Origin: an uncultured Gemmatimonadaceae bacterium | GTDB taxonomy: Bacteria > Gemmatimonadota > Gemmatimonadetes > Longimicrobiales > RSA9 | Assembly (NCBI GenBank): GCA_964416095.1 | Contig: CAYQCY010000002.1 | Location: 24,671 to 88,670, forward strand | Direction: 5' to 3' | DNA length: 64,000 nt | In this document: positions 49,027-57,443 of the stretch, in pieces | How the letters are laid out: every line of letters starts with the position of its first letter | Position numbering within the stretch: the stretch's first letter is position 1 | The notes under the pieces: model-generated | Database searches by the model: none | What the model was told of the DNA's origin: nothing | What the model saw: only the letters and a program-made list of their open reading frames with translations | Translations under genes and position numbers: made by a program

Positions 49027-50277
49027 ATGCCCGATCGTCGTGGGTTCCTGAAATCCGCCGCGGCCCTGGCCGCCCTGGTCCCTGCGCGACAGGCCTTCGG
49101 CCGCGAGCTGGCGGTGTTGGAGCGCCGCGTGCGCCAGGAGGGGTTCCCCGGGATCCGGGACGCGTACCTGCTCGCGGACGACGTGCTCTACCTGAACCAC
49201 GGCTCCATCGGCACGATCCCCCGGGCCGTGCACGAGGCCCGGGAGCGGTACCTGTCCGTGTGCGAGACGAACCCGTGGCTCTACATGTGGGGGCCGGCAT
49301 GGGAGGAGCCCCTCGCCGAGGTCCGGCGCAAGGCGGCGGCGTACCTGGGCTGCATGGCCGAGGAGCTGGCCTTCACCCACAACACCACCGAGGCCTTCAA
49401 TACCCTCGCCCAGGGGCTGGAGCTGGACCCCGGTGACGAGGTGCTGTTCAGCTCCCTGAACCACCCGGGCGCCAGCATCTGCTGGCAGCACCACGGCCCG
49501 CGCAGGGGCTACGTCGTGCGCCGGTTCGAGTTTCCCATCGCGGACGTGCCCGGGCTGACACCGGACGACATCGTGGAGATCTACACGGGCCGCATCACCG
49601 ACCGCACGCGGGTCCTGGTCTTCCCGCATGTCGACAACATCGTGGGCGTCCGGTACCCCGTCCGGCGCCTCGCCGCGGCGGCCCGGGCCCGGGGCGTGCG
49701 CTACGTTGCCGTGGACGGCGCCCAGGCCGTCGGCATGATCCCGGTGGACGTGGCAAGCATGGACGTGGACTTCTACGCCACGAGCCCCCACAAGTGGCTC
49801 CAGGCGCCGAAGGGCCTGGGCCTCCTCTACGTCCGGGCATCGGCGCGGCGGCGGCTGTCGCCCATGTGGGTGACCTGGGGCCAAAGGCGCTGGCGGGGCA
49901 CCGCGCGCGTCTACGAGGACTACGGCACCCGCAACCTGCCCGAGGTCCTGACCCTGGGCGACGCCCTGGACTTCCAGATGCGACTGGAGGCCGGCGGCAA
50001 GGCCGATCGGCTGCAGGCCCACTGGCGCCGTCTGCGGGAGGCGGTCGAGGCATCGCCGCGCCTGGCATGGCGCTCGCCGGCGCGTTGGGAAAGGGGCGCC
50101 TCCCTGGTGGCCGTGGAGCCGCTGCGCCGCTCCGCCGGCGAGGTGTTCGAGCGGCTGTACGCGGACCACGGCGTCGTCTTCCGCGCGTTCGGCGAGCCGA
50201 CGAATACGATGCGGATCTCACCCAACGTGGTCACGTCCGAGGCCGAGCTGGACCGCTTCCTCGAGCTGGTGGCCTGA
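49027..50277 (+). CDS. class V aminotransferase-fold PLP enzyme with twin-arginine signal peptide
   Basis: RBS GGAGGAG. MPDRRGFLKSAAALAALVPARQAFG (Tat motif). LNHGSIG and SPHKWLQAPKG (PLP lysine). Confidence 0.85.
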   Translation: MPDRRGFLKSAAALAALVPARQAFGRELAVLERRVRQEGFPGIRDAYLLADDVLYLNHGSIGTIPRAVHEARERYLSVCETNPWLYMWGPAWEEPLAEVRRKAAAYLGCMAEELAFTHNTTEAFNTLAQGLELDPGDEVLFSSLNHPGASICWQHHGPRRGYVVRRFEFPIADVPGLTPDDIVEIYTGRITDRTRVLVFPHVDNIVGVRYPVRRLAAAARARGVRYVAVDGAQAVGMIPVDVASMDVDFYATSPHKWLQAPKGLGLLYVRASARRRLSPMWVTWGQRRWRGTARVYEDYGTRNLPEVLTLGDALDFQMRLEAGGKADRLQAHWRRLREAVEASPRLAWRSPARWERGASLVAVEPLRRSAGEVFERLYADHGVVFRAFGEPTNTMRISPNVVTSEAELDRFLELVA

Positions 50278-50326
50278 CGCCCGGATGGTGGCCTCGCCCG
50301 GAAACCCCTTAGGCCTGCCCCTGCCC

Positions 50327-50348
50327 GCGGCAAGCGGGCGCTTGCCGC
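50327..50348 (+). terminator. hairpin after the aminotransferase gene
   Basis: GCGGCAAGC-GGGC-GCTTGCCGC: 9-bp stem, 4-nt loop, 50 nt after the stop. No U-tract. Confidence 0.4.
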
Positions 50349-50428
50349 CAAAACAGGTCATCCCTACCTTTTGCGGACCCGACGCGGCGGCTTAGCCGCG
50401 CTCCAAGCATCGATGTGCGGACCGTGTG

Positions 50429-50842
50429 ATGAGCGAACGTAAGATCCGGGTGCTCGTGGCGAAGCCCGGCCTGGACGGACACGACCGGGGCGCGAAAGTG
50501 GTGGCCAGCGCCCTGCGGGACGCCGGCTTCGAGGTGATCTACACGGGGCTGCACCAGACCCCGGAGATGATCGCCAGCGCCGCCGTCCAGGAAGACGTGG
50601 ACGTGGTGGCTCTTTCCATTCTGTCGGGCGCCCACATGACCCTCTTCCCCCGGGTGTTGGAGCTGCTCAGGGAGCAGGGCGCGGACCACGTCCTCCTGAC
50701 GGGCGGCGGCATCATTCCTGAAGAGGACATCGAAGCGCTCCAGGCCCAGGGCGTGGGCCGGCTCTTCGGACCCGGCACTCCGACCTCGGAGCCTGTCCGG
50801 TACATCCGCGACTGGTTCGACGAGCATGGCCGGGACGCCTAG
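50429..50842 (+). CDS. methylmalonyl-CoA mutase small subunit (cobalamin-binding domain)
   Basis: [20 protein letters not shown] (DxHxxG B12 motif) and [12 protein letters not shown] 50429; GTG 50426 is also possible. Confidence 0.9.
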   Translation: MSERKIRVLVAKPGLDGHDRGAKVVASALRDAGFEVIYTGLHQTPEMIASAAVQEDVDVVALSILSGAHMTLFPRVLELLREQGADHVLLTGGGIIPEEDIEALQAQGVGRLFGPGTPTSEPVRYIRDWFDEHGRDA

Positions 50843-52547
50843 GCCGGGCGAGCCGGATCCCGTCGCCCCCGAGGCGGACACGGCGGACCCCGACGAGGCC
50901 GCGCATGCCGCCGCCGGGGAGAAGCCGGGCGCGGGGACCGGGGAACGGCTCCGTCGTCTGACGGAGGAGCTGCACGCGCTGGAGACGAAGCTCCGGGAGG
51001 GCGGCGGACCGGCGAAGATCCAGCGTCAGCACGACCAGGGCAAGCTCACGGCGCGGGAACGCATCGCGCTCCTGTTGGACCCGAACACCCGGTTCTACGA
51101 GGTGGGGCTGTTGGTGGCCCACGACCGGTACGACGGGCAGGCGCCGTCCGCCGGCGTGGTGACGGGCCTCGGCGAGGTGCACGGCCGTCCCGTCGTCGTG
51201 GTGGCGAACGATGCCACGGTGAAGGCGGGGTCCTGGTGGCCGGAGACGATCACGAAGATGCTGCGGGCCCAGGAGATCGCCATGCGCTGCCGGGTCCCCA
51301 TCATCTACCTGGTGGACTCCGCCGGGGTGAACCTGCCGTACCAGGGCGGCGTCTTCCCGGGCCAGTACGGCGCGGCCCGGATCTTCTACTACAACTCCAT
51401 CATGCGGCGCTACCTGCATGTGCCGCAGATCGCCGCGGTCATGGGTCCCTGCATCGCGGGCGGTGCCTACCTGCCCGCCCTGTCGGACGTGATGCTCATG
51501 GTCGAGGGTACGAGCTTCATGGGGCTGGGCGGGCCGAACCTGGTCAAGGGTGCCACGGGCGCCACCGTGGACGCGGAGGAGCTGGGCGGCGCGTGGGCGC
51601 ACAACGCCCTGAGCGGCGTGGCCCACTACCGGGTTCCCGATGACCGGGCCTGCGTGGACAAGATCCGGGAGCTCATCGAGGAGCTGCCGTACACGCCGCC
51701 CACTGCGGCGCTGGCCGAGCCGGCGCCGCCGGAGCGGGACCCGGAGGAGCTGTACGAGATCGTGCCCGACGACCACCGCCAGCTCTACGAGATGCGGACG
51801 GTGCTGGATGCGCTCCTGGATGGGGGTCGGTTCGACGAGTTCCAGGCCGACCATGCGCCGGAGCTGCTCTGCGGCACGGCACGCATCGAAGGGATCGCGG
51901 TGGGGGTGCTGACCAACGCGCGGGGCATGCTGAAGGATCCCCACGGCGGCGCGCCCAAGTTCGGCGGCATCATCTACTCGGACAGCGCGGAGAAGGCCGC
52001 CTACTTCATCGAGACGATGGACCGGCGCCGGACGCCCATCGTGTTCGTGCAGGACGTGAGCGGGTTCATGGTGGGCGTCGAGGCGGAGCACTCGGGCATC
52101 ATCCGGGCCGGCGCCCGGTTCGTGGAGGCCATGTCCGCCGCCAGCGTGCCCATCGTCGTGCTGACGTTGAACCATGCGTCGGGCGCGGGTTACTACGCCA
52201 TGGCCGGGCAGGGGTTCGACCCGGACTTCATCTTCACACTGCCGACGGGGAGGATGGGGGTCATGGAGGGGGAGAGCGCGGTGGTGGCCCTGTTCGGGCC
52301 GCAGCTCGAGGAGCTGAAGGCGCAGGGCCGGGAGCCGTCCGAGGAGCTGGCCGCCAAGATCGAGGCCGTGCGCCAGGACTACGAGCACCAGCTCGACGCC
52401 CGCTACGCCGCCGCCCGGGGCTTCGTGGACGCCGTCGTGGCGCCCGAGGACATGCGCGAGACCATCGCCTTCGCGCTGCGCGCCGGGCTCCACAACCCCG
52501 AGGCCCACCTGGGGCCCTTCGGGCTCGAGATCCGGGCGGGCCGGTGA
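50826..52547 (+). CDS. acyl-CoA carboxylase carboxyltransferase (beta) subunit, propionyl/methylmalonyl-CoA type
   Basis: Overlaps the upstream gene by 17 nt. [14 protein letters not shown] and two carboxyltransferase halves ([26 protein letters not shown]). Confidence 0.92.
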   Translation: MAGTPRPGEPDPVAPEADTADPDEAAHAAAGEKPGAGTGERLRRLTEELHALETKLREGGGPAKIQRQHDQGKLTARERIALLLDPNTRFYEVGLLVAHDRYDGQAPSAGVVTGLGEVHGRPVVVVANDATVKAGSWWPETITKMLRAQEIAMRCRVPIIYLVDSAGVNLPYQGGVFPGQYGAARIFYYNSIMRRYLHVPQIAAVMGPCIAGGAYLPALSDVMLMVEGTSFMGLGGPNLVKGATGATVDAEELGGAWAHNALSGVAHYRVPDDRACVDKIRELIEELPYTPPTAALAEPAPPERDPEELYEIVPDDHRQLYEMRTVLDALLDGGRFDEFQADHAPELLCGTARIEGIAVGVLTNARGMLKDPHGGAPKFGGIIYSDSAEKAAYFIETMDRRRTPIVFVQDVSGFMVGVEAEHSGIIRAGARFVEAMSAASVPIVVLTLNHASGAGYYAMAGQGFDPDFIFTLPTGRMGVMEGESAVVALFGPQLEELKAQGREPSEELAAKIEAVRQDYEHQLDARYAAARGFVDAVVAPEDMRETIAFALRAGLHNPEAHLGPFGLEIRAGR

Positions 52548-53923
52548 GTGGGGGATCGATCCGGCCGCCCCGGCCGCCCAGACAACAGCATACGATGGTG
52601 CGGCGCCTCGTGGCGCCGTTCCAGGAGTTCTTCGAGGCCGAATCCTCCTCGGGCATCATCCTCCTGGCGTGCGCGGTGGTCGCCCTGGTCTGGGCCAACT
52701 CGCCGTGGCGCGACAGCTACTTCCACTTGTGGGAGACCGAGGTGGTGGTGGGTGGTGGCTCGCTGCGGCTGGCCAAGTCGCTGCACCACTGGATCAACGA
52801 CGGCCTCATGGTCGTCTTCTTCTTCCTCGTGGGCCTCGAGATCAAGCGGGAGGTCCTGGTCGGCGAGCTGGCCTCGCTGCGCCAGTCCGCACTGCCCATC
52901 GCCGCGGCCCTGGGCGGGATGGTGGTGCCCGCGGCGATCTACGCGGCGCTCAACGTCGGCACTGCCGAGCTGCGGGGCTGGGGCATCCCCATGGCCACGG
53001 ACATCGCCTTCGCCCTGGGCGTGCTGGCCCTCCTGGGCGACCGGGTGCCTTCGGCGCTCAAGGTCTTCCTGGCCGCGCTGGCCATCGTGGACGACCTGGG
53101 CGCCGTCCTGGTCATCGCCATCTTCTACTCCGCGGGCATCGACTGGGCCAGCCTCGGATGGGCCCTGGCGATCCTGATCGTCCTCATCGGCGCGAACCGG
53201 GGAGGCATCCGCCGGCCCTCCGTTTACGTATGGCTCGGTGTCGCCATGTGGGTTTTCTTCCTCAAGTCCGGCGTTCACGCCACCATCGCCGGCGTGCTGC
53301 TGGCCGCCGTCATCCCGGCCCGCACCCGGATCGACGTGGACAGCTTCATCCACCGCGCCGGCCAGTATCTGGGCGAGTTCGAGAAGGCCGGCCTTCGACC
53401 CGCCGACCCGGCCCGGCTCAGCGAGGCGCAGGAGCTGGCGCTGGAAGGCCTCGAGGAGGCGGCCGAGGGCGTGCAGTCGCCGCTCCTGAAGATCGAGTAT
53501 GCGCTGGTCCCCTGGGTGGCCTACGGGATCATGCCGCTCTTCGCCCTGGCCAATGCCGGCGTGACCTTCGGCGGTGACGTCCTGGGCCAGGCCGCCTCGC
53601 CGATCGTGCTCGGCGTCGCGCTGGGGCTGCTCGTCGGCAAGCCCATCGGCATCGGCGCTTTCTCATGGTTCGCCGTGCGCATGGGTTGGGCTGCCTTGCC
53701 TCGGGGCATGACCCCGCGCCACATCACCGGCGCCGGGCTCCTGGCCGGGATCGGGTTCACCATGTCCCTCTTCATCGCCGACCTGGCGTTCGCCGGATCG
53801 CTGAACCTGGAGCTGGCGAAGGTGGGCGTGCTGGCGGCGTCCCTCATCGCCGGCCTGGCCGGCTGGGCGCTGCTGGCCCGTGCGCCCGTGCCCGTCGGCG
53901 ACCCGACCGCGCCGGGAAGGTGA
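52544..53923 (+). CDS. nhaA: Na+/H+ antiporter NhaA
   Basis: FFEAESSSGIILLACAVVALVWANSPW, INDGLMVVFFFLVGLEIKRE, ALAIVDDLGAV. GTG 52544 overlaps the upstream stop; alternative ATG at 52595. Confidence 0.92.
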   Translation: MSGGSIRPPRPPRQQHTMVRRLVAPFQEFFEAESSSGIILLACAVVALVWANSPWRDSYFHLWETEVVVGGGSLRLAKSLHHWINDGLMVVFFFLVGLEIKREVLVGELASLRQSALPIAAALGGMVVPAAIYAALNVGTAELRGWGIPMATDIAFALGVLALLGDRVPSALKVFLAALAIVDDLGAVLVIAIFYSAGIDWASLGWALAILIVLIGANRGGIRRPSVYVWLGVAMWVFFLKSGVHATIAGVLLAAVIPARTRIDVDSFIHRAGQYLGEFEKAGLRPADPARLSEAQELALEGLEEAAEGVQSPLLKIEYALVPWVAYGIMPLFALANAGVTFGGDVLGQAASPIVLGVALGLLVGKPIGIGAFSWFAVRMGWAALPRGMTPRHITGAGLLAGIGFTMSLFIADLAFAGSLNLELAKVGVLAASLIAGLAGWALLARAPVPVGDPTAPGR

Positions 53924-53941
53924 TCGCGCCGCGCATCAAGG

Positions 53942-53977
53942 CGAATTCGAATTCGAATTCGACATCGAACTCGGATG
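53942..53977. repeat. hexamer tandem repeat (CGAAYT)n including (GAATTC)x3
   Basis: CGAATT x3, CGACAT, CGAACT, CGGATG. The (GAATTC)3 core is an 18-nt perfect palindrome. Located in the nhaA/atuA-like spacer. Confidence 0.9.
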
Positions 53978-54010
53978 TTGGACGGGTAGGATGACGTCTC
54001 GGGTACCGAC

Positions 54011-55393
54011 ATGACCGACCAGGCGCGACCGATTCGCATCGCTTCCGGCCAGGGCTTCTGGGGCGATCGGCTCGACGCCCCGGCGGTTCAGGTCCGGGGT
54101 GGTCCCATCGACTACCTCATGCTGGACTACCTGGCCGAGGTCACCATGTCGATCCTGCAGAAGCAGAAGTCCCGGGATCCGTCCCAGGGCTATGCCCGGG
54201 ACTTCGTGCCCATGCTGGCGGACATCCTGCCCGATGTGGTGAAGCATGGGATCCGCGTCGTCTCCAACGCCGGTGGCGTGAACCTGCCGGCGTGCCGGGA
54301 TGCGCTCCTGGAGGCGGCCCGGGAGGTGGGGCAGGGAGGGAAGGCGAGGATCGGCGTCGTCATGGGCGACGATGTCCTGGACCGGCTCCCGGACCTCATC
54401 GACGAGGGCCACGAGCTGCGGCACATGGAGACGGGCGAGCCCCTGGCGCCGGTGCTGGACCGGGTCGCCTCGGCCAACGCGTACATCGGCGCCGCGCCCA
54501 TCGTCGAGGCGCTGGCGGAGGGCGCTACCGTGGTGGTGACCGGGCGGTCCACAGACACGGCGCTGACGTACGCACCCATGATGCACACCTTCGGCTGGGC
54601 GCCGGAGGACCACGACCGTATCGCGGCCGGCGTCGTGGCCGGGCACATCAACGAGTGCGGCGCCCAGGCGTCCGGGGGCAACTGCCTCATCGACTGGGAG
54701 AGCTTGCCGGACATGGCCGGCATCGGCTACCCGATCATCGAAGCGCACCCGGATGGCAGCTTCGTGGTGACGAAGCACGAGGAGACCGGCGGCCGCATCA
54801 CGCCCGCCATCGTGAAGGAACAGCTCCTCTACGAGATGGGCGACCCCGCGGAGTACATCACGCCTGACGCCGTGGCCGACTTCACGACCATCCGCCTCCA
54901 GGAGGCCGGGCCGGACCGGGTCCGGGTCCACGGCGTGAAGGGCAGGCCGGCCACGGACCGGCTCAAGGTCTCCATCGCGTACCACGACGGCTGGAAGGCC
55001 GTGGGCACCCTGGTCTACGTCTGGCCCGACGCCGTGAAGAAGGCCCGGGCCGCCGACCGCCAGCTCCGGGAGCGTCTGGACCGGCTCGGCCTCGCCTTCG
55101 ACGAGATCCGCACCGAGTTCGTGGGCTGGAACGCCGCCCACGGGCACCTGGCGGGGCCACCGCCCGACGACCTGCCCGAGGTGCAGCTCAGGGTCGCGGT
55201 CCGGGCCCGGGAGCGGGCGCCCGTGGAACGGTTCTCCCGGGAGATCGCGCCGCTGATCCTGAGCGGCCCGCCCTCCGTCACGGGCTTCGCCGGCGGCCGG
55301 CCCCGGGTCCAGGAGATCATGGCGTTCTGGCCCGCCCTCATCGACCGGCGCGCCGTCGAGGACCACCTGACCGTCACCGTCACTCCGGCTTGA
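54011..55393 (+). CDS. DUF1446 / AtuA-family (acyclic terpene utilisation-like) protein
   Basis: [42 protein letters not shown]. 460 aa. Confidence 0.82.
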   Translation: MTDQARPIRIASGQGFWGDRLDAPAVQVRGGPIDYLMLDYLAEVTMSILQKQKSRDPSQGYARDFVPMLADILPDVVKHGIRVVSNAGGVNLPACRDALLEAAREVGQGGKARIGVVMGDDVLDRLPDLIDEGHELRHMETGEPLAPVLDRVASANAYIGAAPIVEALAEGATVVVTGRSTDTALTYAPMMHTFGWAPEDHDRIAAGVVAGHINECGAQASGGNCLIDWESLPDMAGIGYPIIEAHPDGSFVVTKHEETGGRITPAIVKEQLLYEMGDPAEYITPDAVADFTTIRLQEAGPDRVRVHGVKGRPATDRLKVSIAYHDGWKAVGTLVYVWPDAVKKARAADRQLRERLDRLGLAFDEIRTEFVGWNAAHGHLAGPPPDDLPEVQLRVAVRARERAPVERFSREIAPLILSGPPSVTGFAGGRPRVQEIMAFWPALIDRRAVEDHLTVTVTPA

Positions 55394-55400
55394 ACTGCAG

Positions 55401-55440
55401 GCGGGAGGCGGAAGGCGGAAGGCGGAAGGCGGAAGGCTGA
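55401..55440. repeat. heptamer tandem array (GCGGAAG)x4 with degenerate flanking units
   Basis: GCGGGAG, GCGGAAG x4 (55408-55435), GCTGA. Begins 7 nt after the AtuA-like stop. Confidence 0.9.
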
Positions 55441-55494
55441 TACGGCGAGTTTGATGCGGCGAGGGCCTGGTGATTCTGGTGGCGCCGGGAGCGT

Positions 55495-55522
55495 CCGCGG
55501 TCGGCGGTCCGCGGTCGGCGGT
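55495..55522. repeat. heptamer/14-mer tandem array (CCGCGGT CGGCGGT)x2
   Basis: Two perfect 14-mers, followed by the degenerate unit CACCGAC. Confidence 0.88.
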
Positions 55523-55558
55523 CACCGACCGCGCGAACCCGGCTTCCGCCGCGAACGT

Positions 55559-55586
55559 CACCGATCACCGATCACCGATCACCGAT
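55559..55586. repeat. heptamer tandem array (CACCGAT)x4
   Basis: Four perfect units, ending 6 nt before ATG 55593. Confidence 0.92.
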
Positions 55587-55592
55587 CCAGAT

Positions 55593-55949
55593 ATGCCTAG
55601 AATCCAGCTTCTCCGCCTCGCCCATGCCCGGTCCGGCGACAAGGGCGATACCGTGAACGTGGGCGTCATCGCCCTGGACCCCTCGTACTATGAGGTCCTG
55701 GCGGACCAGGTCACGCCGGAGCGCGTCAAGTCGCATTTCGGAGAGCTGGTGCACGGCGAGGTGGAGCGGTTCGAGCTGCCGAACCTGCACGCCTTGAACT
55801 TCCTGCTTCATCATGCGTTGGGCGGCGGTGGGACGGTCTCCTTGATGACCGACGCCCAGGGCAAGACGTTCAGCACAGCGATGCTGCGCATGGAGGTGGA
55901 CGTTCCCGACGGGCTGGCCGCGCGTCTGGACGCAGGCACGGCGGAATAG
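55593..55949 (+). CDS. DUF4387-like small protein usually paired with AtuA-family genes
   Basis: MPRIQLLRLAHARSGDKGDTVNVGVIALDP...LHALNFLLHHALGGGGTVSLMTDAQGKTF. Internal ATG chosen; the frame stays open back to 55470. Confidence 0.72.
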   Translation: MPRIQLLRLAHARSGDKGDTVNVGVIALDPSYYEVLADQVTPERVKSHFGELVHGEVERFELPNLHALNFLLHHALGGGGTVSLMTDAQGKTFSTAMLRMEVDVPDGLAARLDAGTAE

Positions 55950-56007
55950 GACCGGACGTCGACCCCCGCCGCGCACACGCCCGGACGGGGGACGATTCCG
56001 GCGCACA

Positions 56008-56025
56008 CGACCTCGACCTCGAACG
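56008..56025. repeat. short hexamer repeat (CGACCT)x2-CGAACG
   Basis: In the spacer upstream of the enoyl-CoA hydratase gene. Same CGANNT phase family as 53942-53977. Confidence 0.6.
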
Positions 56026-56039
56026 AGCCCTTGCCAATC

Positions 56040-56813
56040 ATGTCCTACGAAAGAATCCTCTACGACACGGACGGCGGTGTGGTGACCCTCACGCTGAACC
56101 GCCCGGACAAGCGGAACGCGCTGGACGGGCGGACCGTGGGTGAGCTGGCCGACGGGCTGGCGCAGGCGATGAAGGACGATGATGCCCGCGTCGTGCTGCT
56201 CCGGGGTGCGGGCCCGGACTTCTGTGCCGGCGCCGACCTGGCGGAGCTGGAGAAGGTCGCGAAAGGGGCCGGCGTCCTGGAGAACCTGCAGGACGCATCG
56301 GCGCTGGGCGACCTCCTCGTCGCCATGCGTCGCCACCCGCTGCCCATCGTGGCCGCGGTGCACGGCCACGCCATCGCGGGCGGCGCGGGCCTGGCCACGG
56401 CGTGCGACCTGGTCCTGGCGCGGGACGACGCCGTCTTCGGCTACCCCGAGGTGCACCTGGGCTTCGTGCCCGCCATGGTCATGGCGCTGCTCCGGAGGTC
56501 GGTCGGGGAGAAAGCAGCGTTCGAGCTCGTGACGCGGGGTGAGCGGATCGGCGCGGAGCGGGCCCACCGACTGGGGCTCGTGAACCGCATCTTCCCCCAC
56601 GACGACTTCGCGGAAGGCGTCGCGGCGTACGCCGCGGACTTCGCCGCGCTGTCCCCCTCCGCCGTGCGCCTCATCAAGCGGCTGCTCTACGGCATGGACG
56701 GCCTCTCCTTCGAGGACGCCGTCGGGCGCGGAGCCGAGGTGAACGTGCTGGCCCGCATGAGCGAGGACACCCGGGAGGGCGTCCGGCGCTTCCTGGACAG
56801 GAAGAAGGGCTAG
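56040..56813 (+). CDS. enoyl-CoA hydratase/isomerase (crotonase) family
   Basis: MSYERILYDTDGGVVTLTLNRPDKRNAL, GAGPDFCAGADL, AAVHGHAIAGG. The track start is TTG 56031. Confidence 0.9.
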   Translation: MSYERILYDTDGGVVTLTLNRPDKRNALDGRTVGELADGLAQAMKDDDARVVLLRGAGPDFCAGADLAELEKVAKGAGVLENLQDASALGDLLVAMRRHPLPIVAAVHGHAIAGGAGLATACDLVLARDDAVFGYPEVHLGFVPAMVMALLRRSVGEKAAFELVTRGERIGAERAHRLGLVNRIFPHDDFAEGVAAYAADFAALSPSAVRLIKRLLYGMDGLSFEDAVGRGAEVNVLARMSEDTREGVRRFLDRKKG

Positions 56814-56992
56814 TGTTCCTTCCCCGCCGGTCCCGGCGCGAGGGGCCCGACCCCCACCTCGAAGGCAAGATCGTCCTGTTCACCGTAGGCGCGGGCCTCG
56901 CCCTTCTGGGCATGTACCTGGAGAACCGCTGGGTCGTGGGCGCCGCCATCGGCCTCCTGGCCGTGGGCCTTCTTCTCCGCTTCCGCCGCTGA
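56813..56992 (+). CDS. hypothetical 59-aa two-helix membrane peptide (below ORF-track cutoff)
   Basis: Hand translation from GTG 56813, which overlaps the upstream TAG by 1 nt: VFLPRRSRREGPDPHLEGKIVLFTVGAGLALLGMYLENRWVVGAAIGLLAVGLLLRFRR*. Confidence 0.35.
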   Translation: MFLPRRSRREGPDPHLEGKIVLFTVGAGLALLGMYLENRWVVGAAIGLLAVGLLLRFRR

Positions 56993-56995
56993 GCT

Positions 56996-57049
56996 GCAGG
57001 CGGGAGGCGCAAGGCGAGTGGCGCCTGTCGCCTTCCGCCTTCCGCCTGC
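56996..57049. terminator. long hairpin (22-bp stem) between convergent genes
   Basis: Arms 56996-57017 and 57028-57049 pair with one mismatch and one G-U, 10-nt loop. Both arms are built from GCGGAAG-type heptamers. Confidence 0.6.
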
Positions 57050-57053
57050 TGTT

Positions 57054-57443
57054 CTAGTACAGAGGGCGGTCGGTCTTGCGCCACTCGATCTCCGGCTGGT
57101 GCTTGAAGCGGATGACGGGGTCCGGTCCGTCGTGGTAGTAGAAGTCGAAGGCGTAGACGTGCCCCGTCCCCAGGCGGTAGCGCAGCTCGAAGAGCGTCGT
57201 GTCGTCCGTGCGCGTGGTGTCGATGGCTTGTAGCCGGTGGACCGTGACTTTGCCGCGCCCGATGGCGAACATGACGACATCCTTGTCCAACTGAAAACCG
57301 CGCCCCTGGTACCTTCCCTCGTCGGTGACCCAGACGCCCCGGACCGGTTCGGGGATGCCGTCGAGGTCCCCCGCCGATCCGCAGCCCATGCCCAGCAGCG
57401 CGAGAACCACCACGCCGCGCATCACGATCGTTCTACGGTTCAC
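57054..57443 (-). CDS. hypothetical lipoprotein
   Basis: Signal peptide with lipobox (VVVLALLGMGCGS). No recognisable family. GTG 57443 overlaps the upstream stop by 11 nt; alternative ATG at 57422. Confidence 0.6.
   Translation of the reverse strand: MNRRTIVMRGVVVLALLGMGCGSAGDLDGIPEPVRGVWVTDEGRYQGRGFQLDKDVVMFAIGRGKVTVHRLQAIDTTRTDDTTLFELRYRLGTGHVYAFDFYYHDGPDPVIRFKHQPEIEWRKTDRPLY

Noticed and set aside
50278-50428. Cobalamin riboswitch upstream of the B12-binding mutase subunit gene.
   Set aside because: There is no B12-box-like core. The spacer is only 148 bp and is mostly explained by two simple hairpins, the first a likely terminator. It would need an Rfam scan to be certain.
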